Source: Octopus bimaculoides (taxonomy: Eukaryota). From it: a stretch of DNA of 64,000 nucleotides. The notes under the pieces were generated by a model. The model saw only the letters and a list, made by a program, of their open reading frames with translations, searched no databases and was not told the origin of the DNA. The DNA lies in assembly GCF_001194135.2 (NCBI RefSeq), contig NC_068990.1:83427102-83491101 (forward strand), in the 5' to 3' direction. The stretch's first letter is position 1; every line of letters begins with the position of its first letter. The position numbers were made by a program, and so were the translations under genes. This document shows positions 38,863 through 50,259 of this stretch, one piece after another.

Positions 38863-39848
38863 GGCACGTTGCTTGTGATCATATGGTCTTGAGTTCGATT
38901 TCTGGCACATTGCGTCCTTGAGCAAGACACTTTATTTCAACCTGCTCCAGTCTATTCAGCTGGTAAAAAAATGAATAGTACCCCTATTTTCAAAGGGCTC
39001 GGCTTTGTCACATTCTGTGTCACCCTGAATCTCTCTGAGAACTACATTAAGGGTACATTTGTCTGTGGAGTGCTCAGCCACTTGTACGTTAATTTCACGA
39101 GCAGGCTGTTCTGTCAATTGGATTAACTGGAATCCTCAGCAGTATAACCAATGGAGTGAGTGACTGTGTATGTGTGTGTGTGTGTGTGCATGTGTGTGTG
39201 TGTGTGTATGTGTCCTGGGTATGACCAAACTGCATCCAGTTTTGGATCTTTGGTTTGGGAGTTCGAGAGTTTTGAAAAGTATGGAACCACCTCTCAGCCA
39301 CTCTTGTTCCCAGGTCTACCCTGACCTGGAGTGAGATAGCACTTATCTGGGTCCCAGCTAGGAGTTAACTAACATATGTGATGACAAGCCATCTGGGCAC
39401 AGGGACACAGAAATACCTTGGTGTCAGGACATGCAGTAAAACCACCAGGAGTGAGAGACTCAATTTGTTGTCAGAGCATCTTTCTAAGAGAGGAACATTT
39501 GTGTTCTTGTGTGATTGTCATCTTGCATCACCCTGTCACAAGGTATTTATCATGGAGACTCAAGAGTGGCACTCTTGGTGTACAAGCATTTATCACTATA
39601 ATCCAGTTATGTCCAGATGTCTCTATGGTGACCTCATTTGTCATTCTATCAAGTGAAAGTCCTACAGCGTCGGAAGAAATGGCAACATGTGCAGACCGAA
39701 GCAGATGGAAGCACATAGTATATTACGACTTTCATCTGTCACCTATGCTTCAAATGATGTAGATCTGAACAGGACTAGTCACCTGAGAGGTCGTGAATGG
39801 AAAGTTAAAAATGCCAAATGCCATTGACTACGAGGAAGCAAAATATGA

Positions 39849-40064
39849 TTGAGCCATCAACATATTACTCTGTTGTTTGGGGAATCACTAAGGAAACTAA
39901 GAGTAGATGAATGGCTTGTGGCTGCCACACATGCTATGTATAAAGGAGCAGCCAGCAGAGGGGTAAGAATTAGAAATGGGCTCAGCAATATATTTAGTGA
40001 GCAGGTAGAAATACACCAAGCTAAGTTCTCCTACTCACTGAACCATACTTCCCATCAAAACTAA
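39849..40064 (+). mobile_element. Decayed RTE-type reverse transcriptase fragment
   Basis: SLRKLRVDEWLVAATHAMYKGAASRGVRIRNGLSNIFSEQVEIHQ resembles the non-LTR RT segment LRKLGVDEWLV..V.AMY....S.VR......F...VGVHQG. A possible APE remnant RLKS...ITIIQ lies upstream at about 39540-39610. Confidence 0.8.
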
Positions 40065-40339
40065 GAAGGAACATCAGTGGAGCTGACCAGTCCTTTCATC
40101 TCTGTAACACTCATTCTGCCTCTCACTTTCTGTGCAAAGAAAGGACGACATAGAAACCACCATATTCAATCTCTACTCAAAGCCTGACAACAGCAGAGTT
40201 TGAACTCAGAATGTAAGAATCTGGAAGAAATACTGCAAAGCATTTTATCAGTGTGTTAAAAACTCTGCCATTAACAAAGGAAAGTGCTTTAGTTTGTTGG
40301 GAGTGTGTAACTGTAGGGAACAAATCTAACACAATAAAT

Positions 40340-40560
40340 CATCATCATCATTGTTTAACGTCTGCTTTCCATGCTGGCATGGGTTGGACGATTTGACTGA
40401 GGACTGGCGAACTAGATGGCTGCACCAGGCTCCAATCTGATCTGGCAGAGTTTCTACAGCTGGATGCCCTTCCTAACGCCAACCACTCCGAGAGTGTGGT
40501 GTGTGCTTTTACATGCCACCGGCACAAGGGCCAGTCAGGCGGTACTGGCAACGGCCACGG
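40340..40560 (-). mobile_element. RTE-type LINE 3'UTR
   Basis: (CAT)n TTGTTTAACGTCTGCTTTCCATGCTGGCATGGG... as in other copies. Confidence 0.85.
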
Positions 40561-41030
40561 AATGATCAGGAAGAGGGAGTTCTTTTCTTCTAGCATAAGA
40601 AATAAAACATGTCCGACACCTACAAATTTCAACAGATTATGAAAAAAAAAAACATCTCTATACAATATTTGGAACTCAACCTTCTCAACAATCAGTGATA
40701 GGCTATTATTAAACCTCGAATCTGACTCGGTGGTGAGGTTAAGAACTTTGCTGTATAGCAACATAGTTTTGGGGGTTGTCCAACAGCACAGCACCTTAAG
40801 TAAATGTCTTCGACTACATCCCAGATTGACCAAAGCCTTATGAGTGGATGTGATAGATGGAAACTGAAATAAACCTACCGTGTGTGTGTGTGTGTGCAAG
40901 CAGGTGTGTGCGTCTGTGTTTATCCCTTCCACTATCACTTGACAACCAATAGAATAAGTACTAGGCTTACAAAGAATAAGTCCTGGGGCAGTCAAATGAC
41001 AGAAACAAGTAAAAGAAGAAAGGAATATAG

Positions 41031-41121
<91 letters not shown>

Positions 41122-41767
41122 TATAGTACAAATGAAAGGCAGGTGCATATGAATTTGAAGGAAGTACTCATGTTCCCAACCCATATCACAATAAGACTGA
41201 CTGCTCTGCCTTTGTGATATGGCCTAACACAAACAATCTCAAGTGTTTAGTTCAAGATTCGACAAGTCTCTAAAAGTCAATACGGTTGGGTACCTAAAAG
41301 AACTTAATGAATGATAAAGTACAAAGATGGAGGTGCAAGTTTTGCCACCAGAGGTGAGATATCAATGGTTAGCAACTAGATACACAGTTTCCTACCTGGT
41401 TGGCATTAATTAGCCTTAGGAAGGATAGCAGAATTAGCGATTCATGAAATAGAAAGGGTATCAGAGAATGCTTCCTTGTGTTTATAACAGAGGTCTGTGA
41501 GAGAAAGATCAACAATGATAGAAAATTCTTGAAAAACAAAATAGATGCGGCTTAGTTGGAATGGTTAGTGCTACATTTGGTTTGCTGTGGACATTACATG
41601 GATAATGGAAAGGGAAAACATGCTACAGATTGGGGCCCAAAAGAACCTGGAAACCTCTTGGTGGCATCAATGCTGCATGGTGCTCTATGGGGGCAGGCAG
41701 GAATACACTTGAAAGATGACAGAAATGTTCATCTCCATTCAGTAGCAAACTGCATGCAACATAAATA

Positions 41768-41810
<43 letters not shown>

Positions 41811-42331
41811 ATAAATCAGTAAAAAGATATCCAATGTAATCCGGTCGGTAATCCAGTGTAAAGTTCCAAGATGAAAATCAAAGTTGGGGACCCAAGGTCA
41901 AATCTGAGGAAATCCACATAAAGAGTTTTATACACAAAACATTTAAAAGAACACAGGATCAATAAAGTTTGGCAAAGCACTTCAATGAAAAAAGAGAGTA
42001 CGTTAACATTTCAGGCATTTTCTTTCTTCTCAGTACCATCTTGCTTTTTCGCCTTCATGATTTAAGCTACTTCATCATCTTGGACTGTGCCATCCTCCCT
42101 GGCACCTTTTTCATCATCTCGATTCTTTACTAAATTCATGAAATTTTTTTTACCATTTTATTTGACTTTCTTCCCATCACAGAATTCAAACAAATTTCTC
42201 TCACTCTGAAATTTTGTCATAAAATGTCTCTCATTTTTTCATAGCTATGCACCTGAAAGTCGTCTAAGAGTCCATAAGTCTGGGAAAAAGATGCACTCGT
42301 ATATCTGTCAATAGAGTGAGTATATTATCTG

Positions 42332-42608
42332 AAATGTACAGTATTATACATCCATCATGGTTGATCTTACCAATCAGTTTTGTGCAAGGCATACAATGGA
42401 GTGTTAGGTAACAATCTGATTATATAACCTTACGCTCCTCAGAGTCAGCTGATATGGAAGGGAATATGGTGCCATACTCCCTTCCATATCAGCTAACTCT
42501 GAAGAGCGTAAGGTTATAGAATCAGATTGTTACCTAACATTCCATTGTATTCTTTGCACAAAACCAATTGTTAAAATCAGCTGCAATGACTGCATAATAC
42601 TGTACATT
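42332..42608. repeat. Long palindrome (about 138 bp arms, essentially no loop)
   Basis: Centre TATGG-TG-CCATA at 42465-42476; inner 92 bp has about 7 mismatches, outer part more diverged (about 86% overall by manual count). Confidence 0.92.
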
Positions 42609-42614
42609 TTGCAT

Positions 42615-42645
<31 letters not shown>

Positions 42646-43199
42646 TTATATATTGTGAAGATTGACAAGGGAGCAGACAAATTACCATTTTAATACAATT
42701 AAAATGGTTTCTGGCACCATGGCAAAAAAAAAAGAAATTTCGTTTTGTCTTCTCTTTAGGAATTAGCAAAGGAGCAACAGATTTGGGAAATCACTTACTT
42801 AAGCCTTGCTCAAAATGCCTTTTGGTATTTTCTCCAGATCTTTACATTGTGAGATTCTTTGCTTCTCGTTTTTCCAGGGTCAATAAATAATAATTACTAG
42901 TTAGATATTGGGGTCAAATACAATCGACTACACCCCCTCCTGCACATTCTAGGTCTTGTACCCATGTAAGAAATCATTAATAAAGAGAGAGAAATGGAGG
43001 GAAAATGTCCATCGTTAATGGGAGAGTTGTCAGTCAGTTTGAGAAACACTGATTGAATTTGTGGGGGGTTTTTTTCAGAAAGGGGTCAATGGCGAAATAC
43101 ATGGAGCCGAGGGAGTAAATGGCTGAGCAGGGTTGAGAATTAATGGATTAAAGTGTTTTCAACGGAAATGATTTGTTGAAATACTGGTTCCAGTTTGTC

Positions 43200-43667
43200 T
43201 GTGAGAAGAGCGACACATCAGTGACGGGGAAACTAGAGCAATGAAAGAGAAAGGGAATGATTTGAAGGACGATCGAAAGGAAACAATATAGAAAAGATGA
43301 GAGAGACAGAGATTCAATCAATTGTAAGGGAAGAAGGGGGAAAAAAGGCAAACAGTAAGAAATAAGAAAGGGAAAAAAAAACAGACGAGAAAACAAATTG
43401 AAAATTATATATGAATCTTAGAAAGGGAATGCGAACGAGTATGATGGCATGGAAGAGGAAAGAAAAAGGGTTGAGAGAGAGAGAGAGCGTAATATGTTAT
43501 AGTGAGAGACAGAGAAAAAGAATCAATGGTGAATGGTAAAAAAATGGAGTGAAGAGGAGAGAGAAAAGGAAATATGTCGGGATATGAATGAAGGTGAGAA
43601 GTGAAGAGAGGAAATGATAGGGGGAAATAAAGCGAAGAGCAAAGAAGGAGAAGAGTTAAAGATGTAT

Positions 43668-43706
<39 letters not shown>

Positions 43707-44090
43707 ACAAAATGAAAGGAGGGGAGAAAGATAGAAAGGATACGTCAAAGGACAAACGAAATTCAGAACATGTAGATAAGAAAAAAAAATAGATTGAAAA
43801 AGGAGAAATAAGAAAAAAATGAGGTGAAAGAGAGAGAAAAACGGTTAGGAAGATGGGAATGAGTGACAGAGAGGTGACGAAAGGAAAGATAAAAGAGAGC
43901 AATCAAGAGAACAGGCAGGCAGACAGGCAGAAAGGCAGACAGACAGACAGACATGTAGGCAGAAAGGCAGGCAGAAAGGCAGACAGGCAGGCAGACGGGC
44001 AGGTAGGCAGACAGGCAGACAGGAAGAGAGACAAGCAGATAGGCAGATAGATAGATAGATAGACAGACGGACGGACGGACAGGCAATCAT

Positions 44091-44142
<52 letters not shown>

Positions 44143-44360
44143 ATAGACAGATGTGAAGGACAGACAGAAAGAGAGAAGAGAGGAAGTGATACAAGACTGA
44201 AAGATAGAAATGGGGGTAAGATTGGGGAGGGTGAAATTGAGAGAGAAAAAAAAGAGGATTCAGGAAATAAGAGAGGAAAAAACAAAAAAGAAAGAGAAGA
44301 GGGTAAACGATGGAGAGAAAGAGAGAGAGAGAGAGAGAGGAAGAGAATTAGACGGAAAGC
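43200..44360. repeat. About 1.2 kb polypurine tract with (GA)n, (AGGC)n and (GATA)n arrays
   Basis: Direct reading. Confidence 0.9.
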
Positions 44361-45114
44361 TAAAAAGGGAAATAAGAGTGTATTAGAGTACAGCTGCTGC
44401 CAGCAGACAGCTGAGGAGGACAAGAATTCCCGCTCCACCATACAACAACATCGCTGTTGCTAGGTTTAAGTAAATCTGGCGCGGACTTCTGATAATGGTA
44501 CCGCTGATGGTGGTGGTGGTGGTGTTAGATAGTGCAGTAGTAGATAGTGATGGTGTTGGTGGTGGTAGAGGTGGTTATAATAGTGCTTAAAGTATAATAG
44601 TAGTGATATGGTTGTTCTTTTTTTTTGCCTTAGGTCAAATTTTTTTCGATCACTCTTGAAATGTAAAGATATTCCATTCATGACCATCCCGCGTATTTTT
44701 GCTGTAAAAAGAATAAATTGCGTAGGAAAACAATCTAATGTGTCTGCCTGCTTCTTGTTCAACACAGAGGAGTGAGGTTCGAGAAAGAATTACAGGCTGC
44801 TGTTTCTAGCAGGTCGAGTGACCTCATAGACGCCCTACCTCGCTGCTGTGGTGGTCGTGGTGATGGTGGTGGTGGTGGTGGTTGATAGTGATCGAGTTTT
44901 AATAGTTTATAGGCGGGATGATGATAGTAGTGGTTGTGGGGGTAATGTTAGTGAGGTGGCATTGGTGACGAGATGGTGTTACAGTGGCAACTGGGATTAT
45001 AAAGTTACAAATAGTGATGCGGTTATTTTGGTACAGGCAGTAGTTGTAGTAGCTACGACTCAAGTAGACCTTGATCAAAGGCGTTCCAACCACGCCTGTA
45101 CCGACTTGTATAAA

Positions 45115-45152
<38 letters not shown>

Positions 45153-46388
45153 CTGGGATCACATAGCAAACGGAACCTTCGTTGTGTAGGACGTGATTTG
45201 AAGACTTGGCAGCTACGTATTAACAGGTCGAGCGAATACATAGAGGCATGCATCTTCAGTTGTGGTGATGGTGGTGGTGGTGGTGTTTTAGTGGTTATAG
45301 CAATACAGTTATTTATTAGTTGTAGTCATAGTGGTAAATATTTATCACTGTGGTAGTCGTAGTGAAACAGTAGTCGCTATGATGGTGGGGAGAGTGTAGG
45401 CTGTAGTGATTGCTCAGTGGGGCACTGCAGATGTAAGATATACGACCCAGGTCAATCCTGATCGAGCAGAATTATGAGCTAAACTATCGCAATCGTGAAC
45501 AACCAGGTTTATCATTTTAGGGGTGTATAGTCGTACAGTTTCTTATGAGTCCTCTCCTTACTAAACGGAAGGACTTAGTTCGAGGGAAATATGACCGCTT
45601 TTTCTAGCAGGTCGAGAGAGAGAGACCACTTAGAGGTGGTCACTGACTCAAGATAGCAATAGTAATAGTCGAAGTGGAGGAGGTGGTAGTATTTTGGAGG
45701 TGGTAATGGTAGATATAGAGATACTAGTAGTGGTGGTGGTCGTCGTCGTCGTCGTCGCTGATGCTAGACTGACTGTGTTGCCTGGTTTAACATCAACCCC
45801 TGATCTTCAGCGGGTACTTTAATCAGAATACATGCGAAGGTAAAGAATACGCACAACCGGTGTTTAGGGTTCGAGTAACGCTTTAGGGTTAGGCCGAAAA
45901 CGGGTGGTGTGCGTAGTCTTTACCTCTGCTAGAATACAACTCTGAAGCAAGCATTCGGACCAGGTCTCCGGTTTAGGAACACCGTCCTGTCTCCCAACCA
46001 AAGGCCCAGAATATGTTGTAGACACTGCCTCCTCCGCACTTTCTTAAAAACATTACCGGGTATAGACATGGCTGGGGTAAGAAGTTTGCCTCCCAAACAC
46101 AGTTCCGAGGTCAGTCCCACAGAAGAACAAAATACGTTCAACCATGGCCGCGGGCCGACCAAAGCCTTGTGGATTTGATAGACGGGAACTGAAAGAACAT
46201 GCCATGTGTGTGTTCTCCACTACTGCTTGACAATTGGAAAAAGGTTTGATTACATTCCTGTAACTTAGCAGTTGGGCAAAGGTAACTGATACAATAAGAA
46301 AATAAATACTGGGATTGTTACATTCAACTCAGGCTGTGCCCCAGCATGGCCACTGTCTAATGACCTAAACAAGTAAATGTAAGTTCAT

Positions 46389-46785
46389 AGGCGCAGGCGT
46401 GGCTGTGTGGTAAGTAGCTTGCTTTCCAACCACATGGTTCTGTGTTCAGTCCCACTGCCTGGCACCTTGGGCAAGTGTCTTCTACTATAGCCTCGGGCCA
46501 GCCAAAGCCTTGTGAGTGGATATGGTAGACGGAAACTGAAAGAAGCCCATCGTATATATGTATATATATGTATGTGTGTGTATGTTTGTGTGTCTGTCTT
46601 CTCCCCATCATCGCTTAACAACCGATGCTGGTGTGTTTTCGTCCCCTGTAACTTAGCGGTTCGGCAAAAAGAGACTGATAGAATAAGTACTAAGCTTACA
46701 AAGAATAAGTCTTGAGGTCGATTTGCTCGACTAAAGGCGGTGCTCCAGCATGGCCGCAGTCAAAGGACTGAAACAAGTAAAAGAG
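46389..46785 (+). mobile_element. Full-length SINE family A, preceded by a degenerate copy at about 46068-46375
   Basis: Colinear with 14831-15282. Confidence 0.9.
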
Positions 46786-46787
46786 TA

Positions 46788-46823
<36 letters not shown>

Positions 46824-47042
46824 GCCCTCCTGACAAAATGTTTAGTCACATTTCTTCTGGCTCTATATGTTCAGAGTTCAAATTCTGCTGAGGTTGACTT
46901 TGCCTTCCATCCTTTCAGGGTCGATGAAATAAGTACCGGTTGAGAACTGGGGGTTGATGTAATCGACTAGCACACTCCCCCAGAGATTTCAGGCCTTGCG
47001 CCTATAGCTGGAAGGATTATTATTATTATTTTTATGATTATG

Positions 47043-47205
47043 ATTATTATTATTATTATTATTATTCAGATCACTGCTTGGAATCGAACTCAGAATCTTG
47101 GGTTAGTAGCCTGCGCTCTTAACCACTATGCCAAATGCCCGTGGGCATAGTGGTTAAGAGCGCAGGCTACTAACTCCAAGATTCCGAGTTCAATTCCACG
47201 CAATG

Positions 47206-47244
<39 letters not shown>

Positions 47245-47245
47245 G
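47043..47245. repeat. Head-to-head palindrome of a tRNA-like (pol III promoter) sequence, flanked by (TTA)n/(TAA)n
   Basis: GGAATCGAACTCAGAATCTTGGGTTAGTAGCCTGCGCTCTTAACCACTATGCC - 11 nt - GGCATAGTGGTTAAGAGCGCAGGCTACTAACTCCAAGATTCCGAGTTCAATTCC; A-box-like GGGCATAGTGG and B box GTTCRATTC on both arms. Confidence 0.9.
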
Positions 47246-47300
47246 TAATAATATCGAAAAATACCTTAGGAATGAGAACCCAGTTTCAAAATTTCCCCAA

Positions 47301-47346
47301 GACACCTGAAGAAGGCTGGAGGGTATATCAGCCGAAACAATGTGTT
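47301..47346 (+). ncRNA. Minimal type-I hammerhead-ribozyme-like motif (Penelope-like element type), possibly degenerate
   Basis: Stem I GACAC(47301-05)/GUGUU(47342-46); core CUGAAGA (47306-12) plus an extra A; stem II GGCUG(47314-18)/CAGCC(47329-33); GAAA (47334-37); helix III region only CAAU. Confidence 0.6.
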
Positions 47347-47507
47347 AACAACAAACAAGATGAGGACAAATATCCGTCAAATGTAAATAATGTAAATAAT
47401 ATACATAATTCCTCATCTCTTAAATACAGAATTGTATTGGAGTTGATGTAATCAACTAGGCCCCTCCTCCAAAATTTCAGGCCTTGTACCTATAGCAGAA
47501 AGGATTA

Positions 47508-47540
<33 letters not shown>

Positions 47541-49300
47541 CACCCATTCTATTAATATATGAATGCCTGTTTTGTATGTATATCTATTTTGTGCCTGTGG
47601 TTGTACAGGTATGAACTAGCCCTTATTCAGAGCTGCTGCCTTTCCAGAAGAGACAGAGGACCACTCATCACTCATGCATTCCATTTTTTGCATAGTCTCT
47701 ATAACTCTTAGTGGAAATACCACCAATATTCTCAGTTTCTTGAGTGCATGCGTGTGTGTGTGTATACGTGTATGTGTGCATGCAAATGTGTGTGTATTTA
47801 TGTCTGTGTTCAAGTCAGTCTAATACCTAGTGTTGTTTATTTTGGCCCTCTGCATTCAGTAACTTTACAAGTTTAGCAAATAGAGATCAATAATATTGAA
47901 TAATATAACTACTAGTCTAAAGTTAAGACTGACTGATGCAGTTAACTAAACTCTTGAAAGTAGTGCCTTGGTGTAGCTGCAGCCCAAAAGACTGGGGCTC
48001 AAAAATGAATAAGAAAAACTATATAATACCTGATTGAGACCATTTTATTTTGATAGCACTGTTTCTAAACTGGTCACAGAAGTTAAGCAACGTCAAACCT
48101 AGTCAGTACTTAGAGGTGGTGGAGGGGCAGCTAGTGAAACATAGGTGATGTAGGTAGCACCATTAATAATCCTTGGCTTGGAAAACAGGTAAGGGTTAGG
48201 CAACAGGAAGAGCATCCAGCCACAAGAATCCTGCTTTAATTACCTATTTCTAAGGTATGCTAGCATAAGAAAACAAATGTTGAGTGAAATGAATGCTAAC
48301 ACACACACACACGCATAAAAGTTTCTGTTTGGTTTATACTTCCCACATTTTTAAACTTTCATCTATGTGTTGCTAATGAACTTATGCAAGTGCTCATGAT
48401 GTTTTCATTTAGCTAATGAACAAAAACTGTAACCTTTTGTTTAAACAACAGTAAAATTAATTTTTCATAAATGCTGTTTCTTTTTCCTTTTGTCAACCTT
48501 TCAAATGTGGGAGGTATTTCTGCCGTACCCTGTACAACCAAGGTTCTTTTTTCATTGTCCGTACAGGAACCAGTTTCTCTGAAGAAAGATGGGTTCTCGA
48601 TTTGACCCCACATTTTTAGGGGTCTATATATTTGTATCTAATACTGTAAATAAAGATATGGCTCAACATAATCAAGTCGAACAATGAGAATGGGTGCTCA
48701 ACACTGCATTGGTGGATAAAGATTCATTTGTGTATCAAAACAACCATGGTTCCATGTTAAGAAAATTATCTTAATATCTTAATTTTCAAGCTGCTCACAT
48801 GGAGGATATATCAGCTATGTTCATAACATATACATTATGACAGGTATAGGAGAATAGGCAGATAGACTAAACAAAGAAAATAAAGAGAACTCTATCCATA
48901 GATTTACTATATATGTATGGGAACAGTAAGTCACCTTACAGGTATGAAACTTCTGTAGTCAAACCCGCTTTTGAGGGTAACTTTTAAGTTTTCATCTATT
49001 AATGAAGATTGGAAATCCCAAAAATGGGAAGTCTTATCTACAGAATAAAAAAATCCCTCATGCATGTACAACACAGTAGAAATACAAGAGTTACTTATAT
49101 AGTGTGGTACGTGACCCAAATGCAACCTAAAGAAAGACATCCTGAATATGTCTTTAACAACTCATAAAACAGAATAGTATCAAACCTAATGAATAATTAA
49201 TAGAATACTTTACAAAAACATTAGGAAGAATGTAAAATCTTCTCTTCAACATGAAACTACAAAATTACAAGCCATACAGTTAATGTAAAATGTTCTAGCA

Positions 49301-49532
49301 TTAACCCTTTAGCATTTAAACGGGCCATATCTGGCCCAAATATTCTATCAGTTTTATGTCCAGATCAGCCATATGGGGACTCTCACTCCTACCCAACAAT
49401 GTCATTCTAAAAATAAACAATCATTTCATCAAAATCTCAGAGCTATAGGATAATCTATGATTAATTAATACAACACAATGTGAATAAATAAACAATGCAT
49501 TTGACAAAGTAATCTGAATGACAAAGGGTTAA
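49301..49532 (+). mobile_element. piggyBac-like MITE (TTAACCCTTTAGCATT family), intact
   Basis: TTAA-CCCTTTAGCATT ... AATGACAAAGGG-TTAA; second copy at 50032-50259. Confidence 0.85.
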
Positions 49533-49744
49533 ACTAAACACGAAAGTTGTCAACATTGGACACACAAGTCTGACAACTTCTCGTCAATTGACCATACATT
49601 TACAAGCATCTATTACACTACCTTATAATACACTGCCCAAAACAAAACTAGGTAAAAAAAAAAAAAGAAAGCATTGGTTGATAACACAACCATCCTATGT
49701 AGAATTTCATAATAAAGTAGATTAACCAGGGAAGCTTTATTTCA

Positions 49745-49960
49745 CCACAAGGTCCAGCCTTTGTTGTGGTTGTGGTGGCTTATATGCTTCAATAACCCTG
49801 AGAACTTTTCCAGTGGAGTGCAAGCTCCAGGTAAGGCCTCTCATGCTGGACAGGTCAAAGGATAGAGACCAAACTCAGACGGACTACTTTTCTTCAGAGG
49901 TAAAAATGGTTTTGTGTAGGGCCAACATCTCTACCTAGAAAAAAAGCAAACTTGTAGAAG
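49745..49960 (+). mobile_element. RTE-type LINE 5' leader remnant
   Basis: GGTCCAGCCTTTGTTGTGG...GGCTT...CTTCAATAACCCTGAGA...GGAGTGCAAGCTCCAGGTAAGGCC..CCATGCTGGACAGGTCAAAGG resembles RTE (BovB/Expander-type) 5' UTRs as I recall them; several intact stems are visible. Confidence 0.55.
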
Positions 49961-50031
49961 CATTGATGACAACTGAGAGCAGACATGGGAGAAAAGTCAA
50001 CGATGACAGTGCTCCATGGGGAGTGAGGGGC

Positions 50032-50259
50032 TTAACTGTTTAGCATTTAAACCAGCAATATCTGGCCAAAATACTCTTTCTTGTTTCATGTTCAAACTAA
50101 CCAGATCTAGCCTCTGACAACTTCTCTGCAATGTTATTCTAAAAAATATAGTCACTTAATCAAAATCTCAAGGCTACAAGATAATGCATGATTAATTCAA
50201 AACAGTGTGAATAAATAAGTATTACATTTGACAGAGTAATCTGAATGCTAGATGGTTAA
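50032..50259 (+). mobile_element. piggyBac-like MITE, copy 2
   Basis: TTAA-CTGTTTAGCATTTAAAC ... CTGAATGCTAGATGG-TTAA, colinear with 49301-49532. Confidence 0.8.

Noticed and set aside
42495-42530. CTGAAGAG in the 42.3 kb palindrome as a hammerhead core
   Set aside because: No stem II followed by GAAA.
45870-45895. TTTAGGGTT...TTTAGGGTTAGG telomere-like words
   Set aside because: Only two or three non-contiguous units; not an interstitial telomeric array.
48931-49140. Minus-strand ORF RLHLGHVPHYISN...SGFDYRSFIP with possible AG/GT boundaries
   Set aside because: No resemblance to the expected IRF2BP exon 2 or any family I recognise; splice-like sites are common by chance.
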